From UHGV virus genome UHGV-0106598: a stretch of DNA of 45,497 nucleotides; one strand, 5' to 3'. The translations under genes and the position numbers were made by a program. This DNA is from a virus. The notes below the pieces were generated by a model that was not told the origin of the DNA, searched no databases, and was given only the letters and a program-made list of their open reading frames with translations. Numbering within the stretch: position 1 is the first letter of the stretch; every line of letters starts with the position of its first letter. This document shows, one piece after another, positions 8,445 through 18,107 of the stretch.

Positions 8445-9832
8445 ATCCGGAAGAACTGGAAGCGATCGTTCTCGCTGGTCTGATTAACGGTGGCGCGACG
8501 CCTGACGCGTTTGATGTGATTGCCACCACTCCGGAGGAAGCCTTCAGCATCGTGTTTCACCGCCACGCTTTCAGCGAAATCAAAAAGCAGGCACTGGCGA
8601 ACGGCATGATCGACATATTGTTTATCAGCGAAGCGCTGGGCGGCTCCAGCCTTGCGGATCTGTCTCAGATATCCCGGATCCCGGCGACGGTACCGAATCT
8701 GAAAGGCTATGCCGGGAAAATGGTGCAGGCCTGGCGGAGCCGCAAAATGGCGGCATTGTTGCAATCTGGCGCGGACGGTATTCGTAACGCTGTAAACCAG
8801 AGTCAGCGTGATGAGGTTATTGAATCTCATGTTGCTCAGGTGCTGGATATGAGCGCCGCTACTGGCACAGCCCAGCCGGTACACATCAAAGAGCTGTTAC
8901 CGCTCTACATTGACACCGTTGATAAACGGATGTCTGGCGACGCGCAGGAAATGATGCTGAAAACCGGAATCGAGGATCTGGATGTCACCCTGGGCGGTAT
9001 CAACATGACTGACCTTGTTGTGGTTGCCGGTCGTCCAGGCATGGGGAAAACGGAATTTACCCTGAAGATTATCGATGGCGTTACCGCAGATGGCGGCGGC
9101 GCACTGTTTTTCAGCATGGAAATGGGCGCTCAGCAGATTGTTGAACGTACCGTTGCCGGGGCTGGGAATATGTCCTCATCGCGTCTGCGTAATCCAAAAG
9201 AAATGGACGATGAGGACTGGTCGCGATTAACCGCTGCGCTGGAGACTATGCAGGATCGCGATATCTGGATTGTTGATGCCACTGATTTGACGATTGAGCA
9301 GATCCGCGCCATTGCAGAGACTCATAAACGCCGTTATCCGCACCTGAAGTTGATTGGTGTTGATTACATGGGCCTGATCAAAAAACCGAAGGCCGAGCGC
9401 CACGATCTCGCTGTGGGGCATATCTCCCGCAACATGAAGACTATGGCTATGCGTCTGCATACCCCTGTTTTTGCTCTTAGCCAGCTTTCCCGCCAGGTGG
9501 ATTCTCGACCTGCTGGCCAGCGTCGCCCGGTGATGTCGGACCTGCGCGATTCCGGCAGTGTTGAGCAGGACGCTGACAGCATTTTGTTTTTGTACCGCGA
9601 TGAAGTTTACACACCTGATTCACCTGCAAAGGGTATCGCCGAGGTGATTATCGGTAAAAACCGTTCTGGCGGGGCAGGTGAAATTATTTATCAGGAATTC
9701 AGGAATGGGCATTTCCTGCCAGTTGATCAACACGTAGCACGCGAAAAATTACGCATCCAGAAGGAGGCAGAACAACCGAGAAAACGTGAAAAACGGTATT
9801 CAAACAAAAACTTTAATACGGACCCCTTTTAA
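8441..9832 (+). CDS. DnaB-family replicative DNA helicase
   Basis: 463-aa ORF; Walker A GRPGMGKT, Walker B-like LIGVDYMGLI, SQLSRQV motif typical of DnaB-type helicases. Confidence 0.9.
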   Translation: MNPEELEAIVLAGLINGGATPDAFDVIATTPEEAFSIVFHRHAFSEIKKQALANGMIDILFISEALGGSSLADLSQISRIPATVPNLKGYAGKMVQAWRSRKMAALLQSGADGIRNAVNQSQRDEVIESHVAQVLDMSAATGTAQPVHIKELLPLYIDTVDKRMSGDAQEMMLKTGIEDLDVTLGGINMTDLVVVAGRPGMGKTEFTLKIIDGVTADGGGALFFSMEMGAQQIVERTVAGAGNMSSSRLRNPKEMDDEDWSRLTAALETMQDRDIWIVDATDLTIEQIRAIAETHKRRYPHLKLIGVDYMGLIKKPKAERHDLAVGHISRNMKTMAMRLHTPVFALSQLSRQVDSRPAGQRRPVMSDLRDSGSVEQDADSILFLYRDEVYTPDSPAKGIAEVIIGKNRSGGAGEIIYQEFRNGHFLPVDQHVAREKLRIQKEAEQPRKREKRYSNKNFNTDPF

Positions 9833-9833
9833 C

Positions 9834-9870
9834 CACGCCTGACCAGCGTGAAATAACCGAGGAAAGACCA
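9834..9870 (+). repeat. Conserved cassette copy 2: CCACGCCTGACCAGCGT-N7-CCGAGGAAAGACC-A immediately before the ATG at 9871
   Basis: Seen in sequence. Confidence 0.75.
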
Positions 9871-10281
9871 ATGACCACCACTCCAGGCAAATTAGAGTAC
9901 CCGTCGGACAAAGGACACATAGACGACGGTAAAAACTATCTCGACGTCATTTTGTGGAATATGAACGTCGGGCCACGTGCGCGCACTCGTGCGGTTTTTG
10001 TGCCAAGACCTAAAGCAGGCAATTTTTCAACCCCTGCTAAGCCTGCCCGTCAGGCATCCGTAGCCGCAGCGCCAGCAGTGAAACGTAAGGGCAAAACACA
10101 CACCGGGATCGCAATTCGCAGAAATGGTGAGCGGCAAGTGAAACTCCACGAAACAGCGACAACCTGGTGTGCTTCACCGCATGAAACTTACGACAAGATA
10201 ACCGGGCAGCGCATTGGTGCGCCTGGTCGCTGTCGCCTGCTGTTGAGCTCCATCACTCCGATAGAAAAGAAAGGGGCGTGA
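9871..10281 (+). CDS. Hypothetical protein (nin-region-like)
   Basis: 136-aa ORF immediately preceded by the conserved cassette. Confidence 0.4.
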   Translation: MTTTPGKLEYPSDKGHIDDGKNYLDVILWNMNVGPRARTRAVFVPRPKAGNFSTPAKPARQASVAAAPAVKRKGKTHTGIAIRRNGERQVKLHETATTWCASPHETYDKITGQRIGAPGRCRLLLSSITPIEKKGA

Positions 10282-10282
10282 T

Positions 10283-10519
10283 ATGACCGGGCAATCAGAT
10301 TACCTGCCGCCCGGCTTACCACACAACCGCGCCAAATGGCCCCAGGAATACCAGCTTAAAGAGCACTACGACATGCGAGCGGCGGCGCTGATCCGCCAAC
10401 TCTTTGAGAAACGTATTCCGAGGGGAAGCGTGATTGAGCAAATCGGAATGACGCCGGATACGTACCGGGAATTTTTCAGAGAGCGTCTGAACTACTGGAG
10501 AGGGGTGATGGAGCAATGA
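10283..10519 (+). CDS. Hypothetical small protein
   Basis: 78-aa ORF tightly packed in the + strand operon. Confidence 0.35.
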   Translation: MTGQSDYLPPGLPHNRAKWPQEYQLKEHYDMRAAALIRQLFEKRIPRGSVIEQIGMTPDTYREFFRERLNYWRGVMEQ

Positions 10520-10827
10520 AATACAAACGGTGGGTGCGTGCGGAAGTCGTAATCATCAAACAATGTGCGGGCAGCATGACAGTTGAACGTATAGGGCAGC
10601 TTATTGGCAGAACCGGTGCAGCGGTACGCACAAAAGCGCGCGAGCTGAAAATCTGTATGTATCTGCGGGGTAATTATCACCAGTCAGCAAAATACTGCCA
10701 GGAGGATATCGAGCTGGCAAGGGAATTACATCAGTCGGGTATTAATCGCCAGGATATCGCAGAAAAACTCGAAATGCCGATCGGAGCGGTGAATCAGTTT
10801 GTTTATTTTGAGCGGAGGATTTCATGA
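10516..10827 (+). CDS. Putative DNA-binding protein with two HTH-like segments
   Basis: Segments MTVERIGQLIGRTGAAVRTKA and INRQDIAEKLEMPIGAVNQF look like helix-turn-helix units; overlapping start and stop with neighbours. Confidence 0.4.
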   Translation: MKYKRWVRAEVVIIKQCAGSMTVERIGQLIGRTGAAVRTKARELKICMYLRGNYHQSAKYCQEDIELARELHQSGINRQDIAEKLEMPIGAVNQFVYFERRIS

Positions 10828-11048
10828 AAGAACTTTTTCTGGCATTTGTGCCCCGGTTTATTAATGACCAGATCGCACTGACTGATAATGGTGAACAATA
10901 TGAAATTGCCTGCAGCATGGTGGATGTGAATCCGGGCGAACGGTATGACGCGATGTGTGACCTGAAAATATTCACCTGGCTGGGTTGGGCCATTCCGTGT
11001 GGAGAACCAACAAATATTCGCCCGTTTGAGGGCAGGGAGGCTGTATGA
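10824..11048 (+). CDS. Hypothetical small protein
   Basis: 74-aa ORF, translationally coupled to neighbours. Confidence 0.35.
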   Translation: MKELFLAFVPRFINDQIALTDNGEQYEIACSMVDVNPGERYDAMCDLKIFTWLGWAIPCGEPTNIRPFEGREAV

Positions 11049-11235
11049 GTGAATTGAAAATACGTCGCAAGGCAATAGCACGCGTTAAAAATCCATTACC
11101 AGTGCCCGCCGAATGCCATTTTTGTGGTGGGAATGTACGGATTGGTACGTATGTATGGTGATTGCGGAGTGACGTAAAACGAATCGTTGTGGGTGTAATA
11201 TCGTCAATATCATTGGTTTCCCGGAGGGAAAGGAC

Positions 11236-11457
11236 ATGTTTGGCGATAAACTGGAGTTACCACGGAACGGGCGGATAGTGCTCTATATTTCAGATTACAA
11301 AGTAACCAGGGCTGAGGTGTTGGAACCGGAAAAACATCTGGTCACGTTACCGGACATTATTGAGTTGTATAAGCGGGTCGGATATGTGGACTTGCATCGC
11401 GATGATGTTCCCGTTGAGTGTATGGAATGTGAACACCGGAGGTTTGAAGTTGATTGA
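11236..11457 (+). CDS. Hypothetical small protein
   Basis: 73-aa ORF with GGAGGGAAAGG upstream of the ATG. Confidence 0.35.
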   Translation: MFGDKLELPRNGRIVLYISDYKVTRAEVLEPEKHLVTLPDIIELYKRVGYVDLHRDDVPVECMECEHRRFEVD

Positions 11458-11667
11458 ATTGACTTAGAAAAAGCCCGGGGCTATAGTTTCCGCGCAGCCG
11501 CAAAATCGGTTGCCGGGATTGCAACCCCGGATATCTAAGTGACGCATAGCCGCGTTAGCGGTTTTTTTATGCGTAAAGTACAGCTACATCTAAATTATGG
11601 TGGGCTGGGCAGGGCCATCGTAAGATGGGCCGGTTTCACTTAGGCCGGTTGTTGCAACCTTGTCCAG

Positions 11668-11710
11668 CTCACCACCCAATGATTGCAACCTGACGGTGGT
11701 GAGTTTTATC
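11668..11710 (+). terminator. Terminator/attenuator-like hairpin (CTCACCACC ... GGTGGTGAG, about 18-nt loop, then TTTTAT) just upstream of the ORF6N-like gene
   Basis: Seen in sequence: perfect 9-bp inverted repeat followed by a T-run; the same intergenic region has repeated TTGCAACC motifs. Confidence 0.45.
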
Positions 11711-11729
11711 ACTAAGTGAGGTCAATATC

Positions 11730-12524
11730 ATGACAACTCAAATTTCCGCACAAACTCTTTCCCCAATCTCTCATCAAAATACGCTTGTCATCACCACCGA
11801 ATTGCTTGCACAACTGTATGGGACTGAACCAGTCCGAATTCGTCAAAACTACTCTCGTAATGAAGGGCGGTTTGTTGAAGGGAGACATTATTTTTTGGTG
11901 GAAGGCGATGAACTACGGGAGTTGAAACGCAAAGTATCTCAAAGCTACTCTGTGAAAATTGCCAAAAATGTACGTACTATCATTCTCTGGACAGAACGCG
12001 GCGCAGCTCGCCATGCCAAAATGCTGGAAACAGAACAGGCCTGGGAAGTTTTCGAAAAGCTTGAAGATTGTTATTTTAGCCAGCGTCCAGAGAGGCGGAG
12101 TACAACTACCGATTACCGTACTCCCTTACGTGATGCCGTTAATATGCTGGTCGGTAAGAAAGGCATGATGTATCCCGATGCCTACACCATGATTCACCAA
12201 CGTTTCGCCGTCTCTCACATAGAACAACTGTCACAGACGCAAATGTTAGAGGCGATTGAATACATCCACTGCCTGCTACTCGATGAAAATCAGCCAACCA
12301 TTCCAGATTTTTCTTTTATCACCACTATCAAAAATGGAAAAGTGACCGGGATGCGCCATGTTGCCAAAGGCGAACATCTGATGACCTTTGACGCTTTCAA
12401 AGAGATCGCTGAGCGGGCAGGGTATCTGGTGATCCACAGCGACAATCTGCGAAGTATGACACTGGATAAATTGATGGTAATGGGGAAAAAGTCGGCTATA
12501 TCCGTTGCTAATTCAGCATTTTGA
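11730..12524 (+). CDS. ORF6N/KilA-N-like domain protein (possible antirepressor-type regulator)
   Basis: N-terminal LVITTELLAQLYGTEPVRIRQNYSRNEGRFVEGRHYF ... ILWTERGAARHAKMLETEQAWEVFEKL resembles the recalled ORF6N pattern; own leader with a hairpin. Confidence 0.45.
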   Translation: MTTQISAQTLSPISHQNTLVITTELLAQLYGTEPVRIRQNYSRNEGRFVEGRHYFLVEGDELRELKRKVSQSYSVKIAKNVRTIILWTERGAARHAKMLETEQAWEVFEKLEDCYFSQRPERRSTTTDYRTPLRDAVNMLVGKKGMMYPDAYTMIHQRFAVSHIEQLSQTQMLEAIEYIHCLLLDENQPTIPDFSFITTIKNGKVTGMRHVAKGEHLMTFDAFKEIAERAGYLVIHSDNLRSMTLDKLMVMGKKSAISVANSAF

Positions 12525-12903
12525 CAGGTTGTTTGGGGCGGAAATACTCTATTTGCGCTTAGGATACTTGTTAGCTACTTCCACTTTTGTCACAAAGCGG
12601 ACTATCTGGCTGAGCTGAGGGTCCGCAGTGAGTGAGGATCGAATATTTAAGCGTCGGTACTGATGACGGATTTGAGGTATTTAAAATATTACAGGAGCTA
12701 GTGTGGATGTGACAGACATAAAAGTGGATGCAGTCAGAAAAGATATATGTATAGCAGGCTTCTTCGAGGACTAGATCAATCAATAAGATTTAGATAAAAT
12801 TGCAGTGTTAAATAAAAAGACTAGTAGTATTTAAACTTTAAGTGCGTTAGTAAAGTCGTGCAATTATATAAAACTAACGTTTTCTGAATGTTTGGAGAGT
12901 AAA

Positions 12904-13599
12904 ATGTTAGAACCGCCAAAGAATTATAATGAAATGTTACCCATGCTCCATAAGGCAACTTTTATTACTACATTTATATTTTACCTATCATTGGTTATTT
13001 ATGGCTACATACCATTGGTTGGCATTAATGCCAAGTACATTCCACCAATCAAAGACTACGAAGAATTTATTAAGTGGATATTAACATTCGGCATATTACC
13101 AATTGCATTCTCAATTTTTTGGTCTGTGATTAGTGGGGCTTTAGATCTACATAATAACGTGGCAAAAATTCTTGGAATAAGAAAAGCATGGGATAATTAC
13201 TTGATTGTTAAACCATTGGCGCAAGTTGCAGGCATTACAAGAAAATTAACTAGTGATGAATCCTCCAAAGTAATGAACAAACTGTATTACCCAGAAGTTA
13301 ATGAGTTAAAAGATAAACATTATGTTGAGCTCTTCTGGAATAAGGTTTATTACTTTTGGGTTTTCTTTGAACATACTGTGATTGCATTTATTACTGTTTT
13401 AGTAATAAGTTTTGCTAAAATAACCCATTTACTCTCTGTAACCGGTTCTTTAAAAAATCTTTGGTTGTGGGTTATTTTTATTGTTGTCTTTAATTTTCTT
13501 ATTTTTATTGCATCCGTTAAACCCAGAACTGAAGGCCAAGTCAGACAAATACCTGATGATAAGATAAAGGAATTTTTTAATAATAACAGTATTTTTTAA
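12904..13599 (+). CDS. Integral membrane protein (about 4 predicted transmembrane helices), unknown function
   Basis: GGAGAG ribosome-binding site before the ATG at 12904 (track ORF starts at an upstream non-ATG codon); four long hydrophobic segments; AT-rich codon usage; stop adjacent to the next gene's ATG. Confidence 0.5.
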   Translation: MLEPPKNYNEMLPMLHKATFITTFIFYLSLVIYGYIPLVGINAKYIPPIKDYEEFIKWILTFGILPIAFSIFWSVISGALDLHNNVAKILGIRKAWDNYLIVKPLAQVAGITRKLTSDESSKVMNKLYYPEVNELKDKHYVELFWNKVYYFWVFFEHTVIAFITVLVISFAKITHLLSVTGSLKNLWLWVIFIVVFNFLIFIASVKPRTEGQVRQIPDDKIKEFFNNNSIF

Positions 13600-14265
13600 A
13601 TGAGGTTAGTTTTGAATTACAAAATAAATGGAATGACTATACGTTCAGAAAATGCAGCAAAACCGCATACTATGCCATCTAACTATCTCTGTAACCATAT
13701 TGAAAATTCTGTTAAAAATGGCATGGCCCTTGATTTCGGATGTGGAAAGCTTAGATATTCAGAACAATTAGTAAATAAATTTGAAGCTGTGACATTTTTA
13801 GATTCCAGAAAACAGTTAGAAAGAGTGCAAATTATCAGAGGCGTACAAACCACAATTCCAGAGTATGTGGCTAATAATTATAAAAATGCTAATGTTGTCC
13901 CTTTTGAAAGTATAGATAAAATAAAAGATAATTATGATTTCATACTTTGCGCAAACGTGCTTTCCGCAATTCCATGCAAATCAACAATTTACAAAATCAT
14001 CAATGAGATTGGGAGATTATTAAAAAATGATGGTGAAGCAATTATTGTTAATCAATACAAAAGCTCTTATTTCAAAAAGTATGAGACTGGAATTAAACAT
14101 TTGCATGGATATATATACCAAAACTCTCGCAATGCTTTCTATTATGGCTTATTGGATGAGAATATTGTAAGTAAAATTTGCTTAGATAACAATTTAGCAG
14201 TAATAAAGTCATGGAGCAAAGCTGGCAGTTCATATGTGGTTGTTGGTAAAAATAAACATAATTAG
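13600..14265 (+). CDS. Class I SAM-dependent methyltransferase-like protein (small-molecule/RNA/protein type, not a typical DNA methyltransferase)
   Basis: Motif I LDFGCGKL, acidic residue about 17 aa later (FLDS), motif DFILCANVLSAIP; no DPPY/NPPY-type DNA methyltransferase motif seen. Confidence 0.5.
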   Translation: MRLVLNYKINGMTIRSENAAKPHTMPSNYLCNHIENSVKNGMALDFGCGKLRYSEQLVNKFEAVTFLDSRKQLERVQIIRGVQTTIPEYVANNYKNANVVPFESIDKIKDNYDFILCANVLSAIPCKSTIYKIINEIGRLLKNDGEAIIVNQYKSSYFKKYETGIKHLHGYIYQNSRNAFYYGLLDENIVSKICLDNNLAVIKSWSKAGSSYVVVGKNKHN

Positions 14266-14592
14266 TAAATTTAAAAATAATATTAGAGGGTGCCATTTTC
14301 TTATTACTTATTAACTCGCTGGGGTAGGGGCAACACGCCCCACCTCATCAAGTTACTGCAGGATTATAGACTTTTGTCAAAACGTTGGAAAAATTCAGTA
14401 CAAACTTTTCCATGTTTTTCCTAATCATAGATAATGATGCTCACTTATGTTAACAACTTCTTGTACATAACGGTCTTCTTCAACAGGACAGCTATAAGTG
14501 AAGAAATAAAGTCGATAAACAATAAAGAGGCTCCAAATAAATATTATTCAATGAAGCCTGCTGTTTATTATTTGTTATTATTAAATCGCTAC

Positions 14593-15492
14593 TTATAATT
14601 CAACAATTTTTAGTATTATATCAATATTATTTAGCCTTGCAATCTCTGATGAATCGTTTGCAATTTTATCTTTTAAATTATCAATGTTAATCATATCTTC
14701 AGAGCTAATACAAACCATATCACCTTGGTTAACTTTTGATTTGTTCACTATGGCTTGAATAACAGACAGATCGTCCATTACACCTCTCAGGAATTTAACC
14801 ATGCTTTGATCCTTGAAATCAGATATCGATTTTGAACGTTGCTTACGTTGGATTGTTCCTTTTGTAATTATTTCGTTAATTTCTTTTAAACCGGCAAGCA
14901 TATCAGATATGCTTCCTTCGCAACTCATCCTGTGTTTAATAGCATTGCGATTAATAACATTGAGTATTATTTCGAGTGAATCTCTATCATCCCATGGCGA
15001 TAATAATGTATAATCCTGATGGCGATGAATGGCATCAAGCATATCAAGGATCATATTTTCATCTGCTTTATCGCAAAGTTCATTTACAAAATAGCTGGGG
15101 TCGATTACTTTACAATAACTTGGAACTGAGCATTTTGAGCTTTTACAAAACCCAAAAATATATAAAAAAGGGTATATGTCTTTTAGACTCTTTCCTGATT
15201 TATTTTCTTTTTCAAAGGCTGCGATTGTTTTTTTAATTTTTGCCGGGGTTGCTTTCGTTGTAACTTGAACTGCTATCATGTTTTTATTGTCAGCTAAATC
15301 AATGGCGGGAAAGTTAACTTTAATCTGATTCATGTTTTCCAGTCCCCCCATTTTCAGTGCGCGAAACATATAAATGGTCAATGACTCAATCATTCTTTCC
15401 ATGTCATGAAAGCCAGTCTGTTTGCGTTGTTCGATATAAAGCTGAAGTAGCGCAATATCTTTCTGTAAGTTACTAATAACTGGGGCAATCAT
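14593..15492 (-). CDS. Hypothetical protein with an Rx4H (HEPN-like) motif; candidate abortive-infection-type RNase
   Basis: 299-aa ORF with AAGGA ribosome-binding site; RNAIKH at residues 182-187; N-terminal NFPAIDLADNKNMIAVQVTT region resembles what I recall of SMEK-type N-terminal domains (tentative). Confidence 0.45.
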   Translation of the reverse strand: MIAPVISNLQKDIALLQLYIEQRKQTGFHDMERMIESLTIYMFRALKMGGLENMNQIKVNFPAIDLADNKNMIAVQVTTKATPAKIKKTIAAFEKENKSGKSLKDIYPFLYIFGFCKSSKCSVPSYCKVIDPSYFVNELCDKADENMILDMLDAIHRHQDYTLLSPWDDRDSLEIILNVINRNAIKHRMSCEGSISDMLAGLKEINEIITKGTIQRKQRSKSISDFKDQSMVKFLRGVMDDLSVIQAIVNKSKVNQGDMVCISSEDMINIDNLKDKIANDSSEIARLNNIDIILKIVEL

Positions 15493-16025
15493 AGCTAATA
15501 ATCCTTTTCAATTAAGTAGGGGATGTGTTTGAGCTTCTTTATTTGACTGTTAGTTTAATTTCTTGTTTTCATATTAACAAGCTCTACAATTTTATCAAGA
15601 TTTCTCAAAAACTAATCCTCCGTGTAAATCCACTAACTATGCTGAATTTATTCCGCTGTAAAACATGTCCGCTCATGGCTGTGAGTTCAACGGGTCGATG
15701 CAACGCCATCCACTCAGTAAAATTGTGTAATTCCAGTGAGCAGGCGAATCTTCAGTATGCTCTAGTTTCTTACTCACACCTGCTTATGCTTTAACTAGGT
15801 ACAATGTAGATAAACTCTCATGTTGATTTATCGCCATGATCACATTTCCGGAAGAAAAATTTTGTTTGTAACCTTGCTAGATGAGACAGTATAGATATCA
15901 TTACATATGAAACAGTACATTAGGGAACACTGAAGGCCGTAACTTTAAAAAATATAATTAATTGTACATAATTTTATAACAATCAAGATGGTGGCAATTA
16001 TATAAGTAATAATAAGGGGTGATTA

Positions 16026-17378
16026 ATGATTAAATTCACAGAAAAGGAAATACAAAATTACATATGGGAAAATAGGAACAATTTTCCCGAACTGCTTATT
16101 GAACCTGCAGGTCTTGAAGTACTTGAATTCAACGAAGATCTCTCTGATGTAACAGCACAACTGCTAATAAAAAACAGAATAAATAGTAAACTATCCAATC
16201 TTCACTCTAAGCTTTATGGACTGGAATTTATCGGCTGCGAAGTTCCTTTAGAACAAAATTCAAACTCAACAATTAGAGCCGATTTTTTGGCTATATTCTG
16301 TGATGATACTGGGCTTGCTGTCATAGAGCTTAAAAAAAGTGAACAAACTGAAAGGCAAGCATTCACTGAATTGTTAGCATATTCAAACCATATGACAACA
16401 TTATTTCCATCCATGACGAAAAATGACAGTGTGTATATTTTAATATCACCAATGGAAACCAGAATAGCACGTGATGCTGTCATCCAAAGTTTAATATTTG
16501 ACAATAGGGATATCATTGCTTTAATTCCAACATTCTCTGATCCTCTTGATATTACCTCTCTTAAACTTGAATTATGGATTCCAGACCAAACAGAGTTAGC
16601 GACTTTCTCAAATATTGCATTTAGAGAAGATAATTTTAGTGTCTGTAAATTATCCTGGGAGTATGACGCAGAGCGATGGGATGCAGCTAGAGGAGAAGAA
16701 CTTTTACATTCATTTGTTAGTCAATTTGATAACATTTCCTGCCTTGCAGCTCAGTATATGGAAGAATCTGGAGTTCATGGTTTTACTTATTGCTCTCAGT
16801 TATGGCCTGAATTATCTCAGGCATTACCTTTTACGAATTCATTAGTACTAGTTGGCATGAATCCTTATGCTGTCGGGAGTGTCCAGCATTTATCCACAGA
16901 AGACGACAACTATGATGATATTCCAGACCCAAATTCTTACACTCCTCACATATCTGAATTAATTGGTAAACTAGGTGAAGGAGAACTATATGAGGCTAAT
17001 ATTGATGTCCTAAGTGGTTTACATTGTACATGGATCTCTCAATTATATCGTATAGGTAAGCAGGTAATTGAACTCACCACTAGAAATACAGATGGGAAAT
17101 ACGTCCACGTTGAATATGGCTTTATGAATTGGGAAATCTATCAAAGGTCTCTACTTGAGGATGTTTTCTGTAATAACTTCGCTATTAGGTCTACAGGTTT
17201 AATACGACATCTCTATACTGACATTCTTAAATTAGATTATGATTTTTGTAAGAATAACGGATTGGAAAACCACCCTCTTCATGGAGACATGCCATACTTA
17301 GGCGTCAATTTCCTTAAATCCCACCAGCACTTTAGAAAATTTATTTTGCGAATGTTCTATGCCGAAATAGATGCGTAG
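16026..17378 (+). CDS. Hypothetical protein with N-terminal PD-(D/E)xK-like nuclease motif and about 340-aa C-terminal region of unknown function
   Basis: 450-aa ORF with AAGGGGTGA ribosome-binding site; E72 ... D86 ... E101-L-K103 in IRADFLAIFCDDTGLAVIELKK fits the restriction-endonuclease-like fold motif. Confidence 0.4.
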   Translation: MIKFTEKEIQNYIWENRNNFPELLIEPAGLEVLEFNEDLSDVTAQLLIKNRINSKLSNLHSKLYGLEFIGCEVPLEQNSNSTIRADFLAIFCDDTGLAVIELKKSEQTERQAFTELLAYSNHMTTLFPSMTKNDSVYILISPMETRIARDAVIQSLIFDNRDIIALIPTFSDPLDITSLKLELWIPDQTELATFSNIAFREDNFSVCKLSWEYDAERWDAARGEELLHSFVSQFDNISCLAAQYMEESGVHGFTYCSQLWPELSQALPFTNSLVLVGMNPYAVGSVQHLSTEDDNYDDIPDPNSYTPHISELIGKLGEGELYEANIDVLSGLHCTWISQLYRIGKQVIELTTRNTDGKYVHVEYGFMNWEIYQRSLLEDVFCNNFAIRSTGLIRHLYTDILKLDYDFCKNNGLENHPLHGDMPYLGVNFLKSHQHFRKFILRMFYAEIDA

Positions 17379-18107
17379 TGAGATTTTTTAATTTATCTCT
17401 GCTGGAGAAAATTCATGGGTGAGGAAAGAGATAGATAATATTGAAAATAAAATCTTCAAAAGATGTGGAAATAAAAACATGATCTAAATTTTTTTGGCAT
17501 TCATTTCATATGAAACAGTCCTTCTAAAAAACTATACAGGCATGGATGATATTTTTTATGATTTTTTAGTTGTAATTTATCTTTACTATATAATATATGG
17601 GGGGATTGTCGCCAGCTATTCACCGACTATCAAATATCAATAACTCCTGGCTGTTCTGTAAGGTATAGACATACAAATCGGCCTGAAGATTACGGATAGT
17701 TTCTTAAGGTCCGTTCCTGGCACAAAGTGGACTGTCAAATTAAATTCGGCTCCACGCCATAGATGTGTCAGCTCATATCTTATCTAATACACACAATAAT
17801 TCTCTCATTCTTAGAGAATTATTCTTTTTAGGCTAGATGTTGACGTTAGAACAAAAGAATAGATATTTTTGATATTTATTACATTGGAGCTAAAGTACCG
17901 CCCATGTACAACTGGAGCGTTTGCTGATGGTATCGCATTATCTTGCAGAGGACGCACGCAGGTTAAATAAAACAAGCATATGTGCCTGGTTTTTGTAATA
18001 TTGGGTATAACATATGCTTTATAGGGGCGAGCTCAATGACCAACCGAGAAAGAATCTCCTGCCAGATACAGTTATTTTCACCCTCTCCATAACATAAGGG
18101 AGTTTTT

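Noticed and set aside
11045-11161. 38-codon ORF with a CxxC-like pair (MSELKIRRK ... CHFCGG)
   Set aside because: Too short and featureless to call; noted only as a possible small zinc-ribbon gene.
15904-17519. Exact 13-mer CATATGAAACAGT repeated at 15904-15916 and 17507-17519
   Set aside because: A 13-mer repeat is expected by chance several times in a window this size; flanks do not extend the match.
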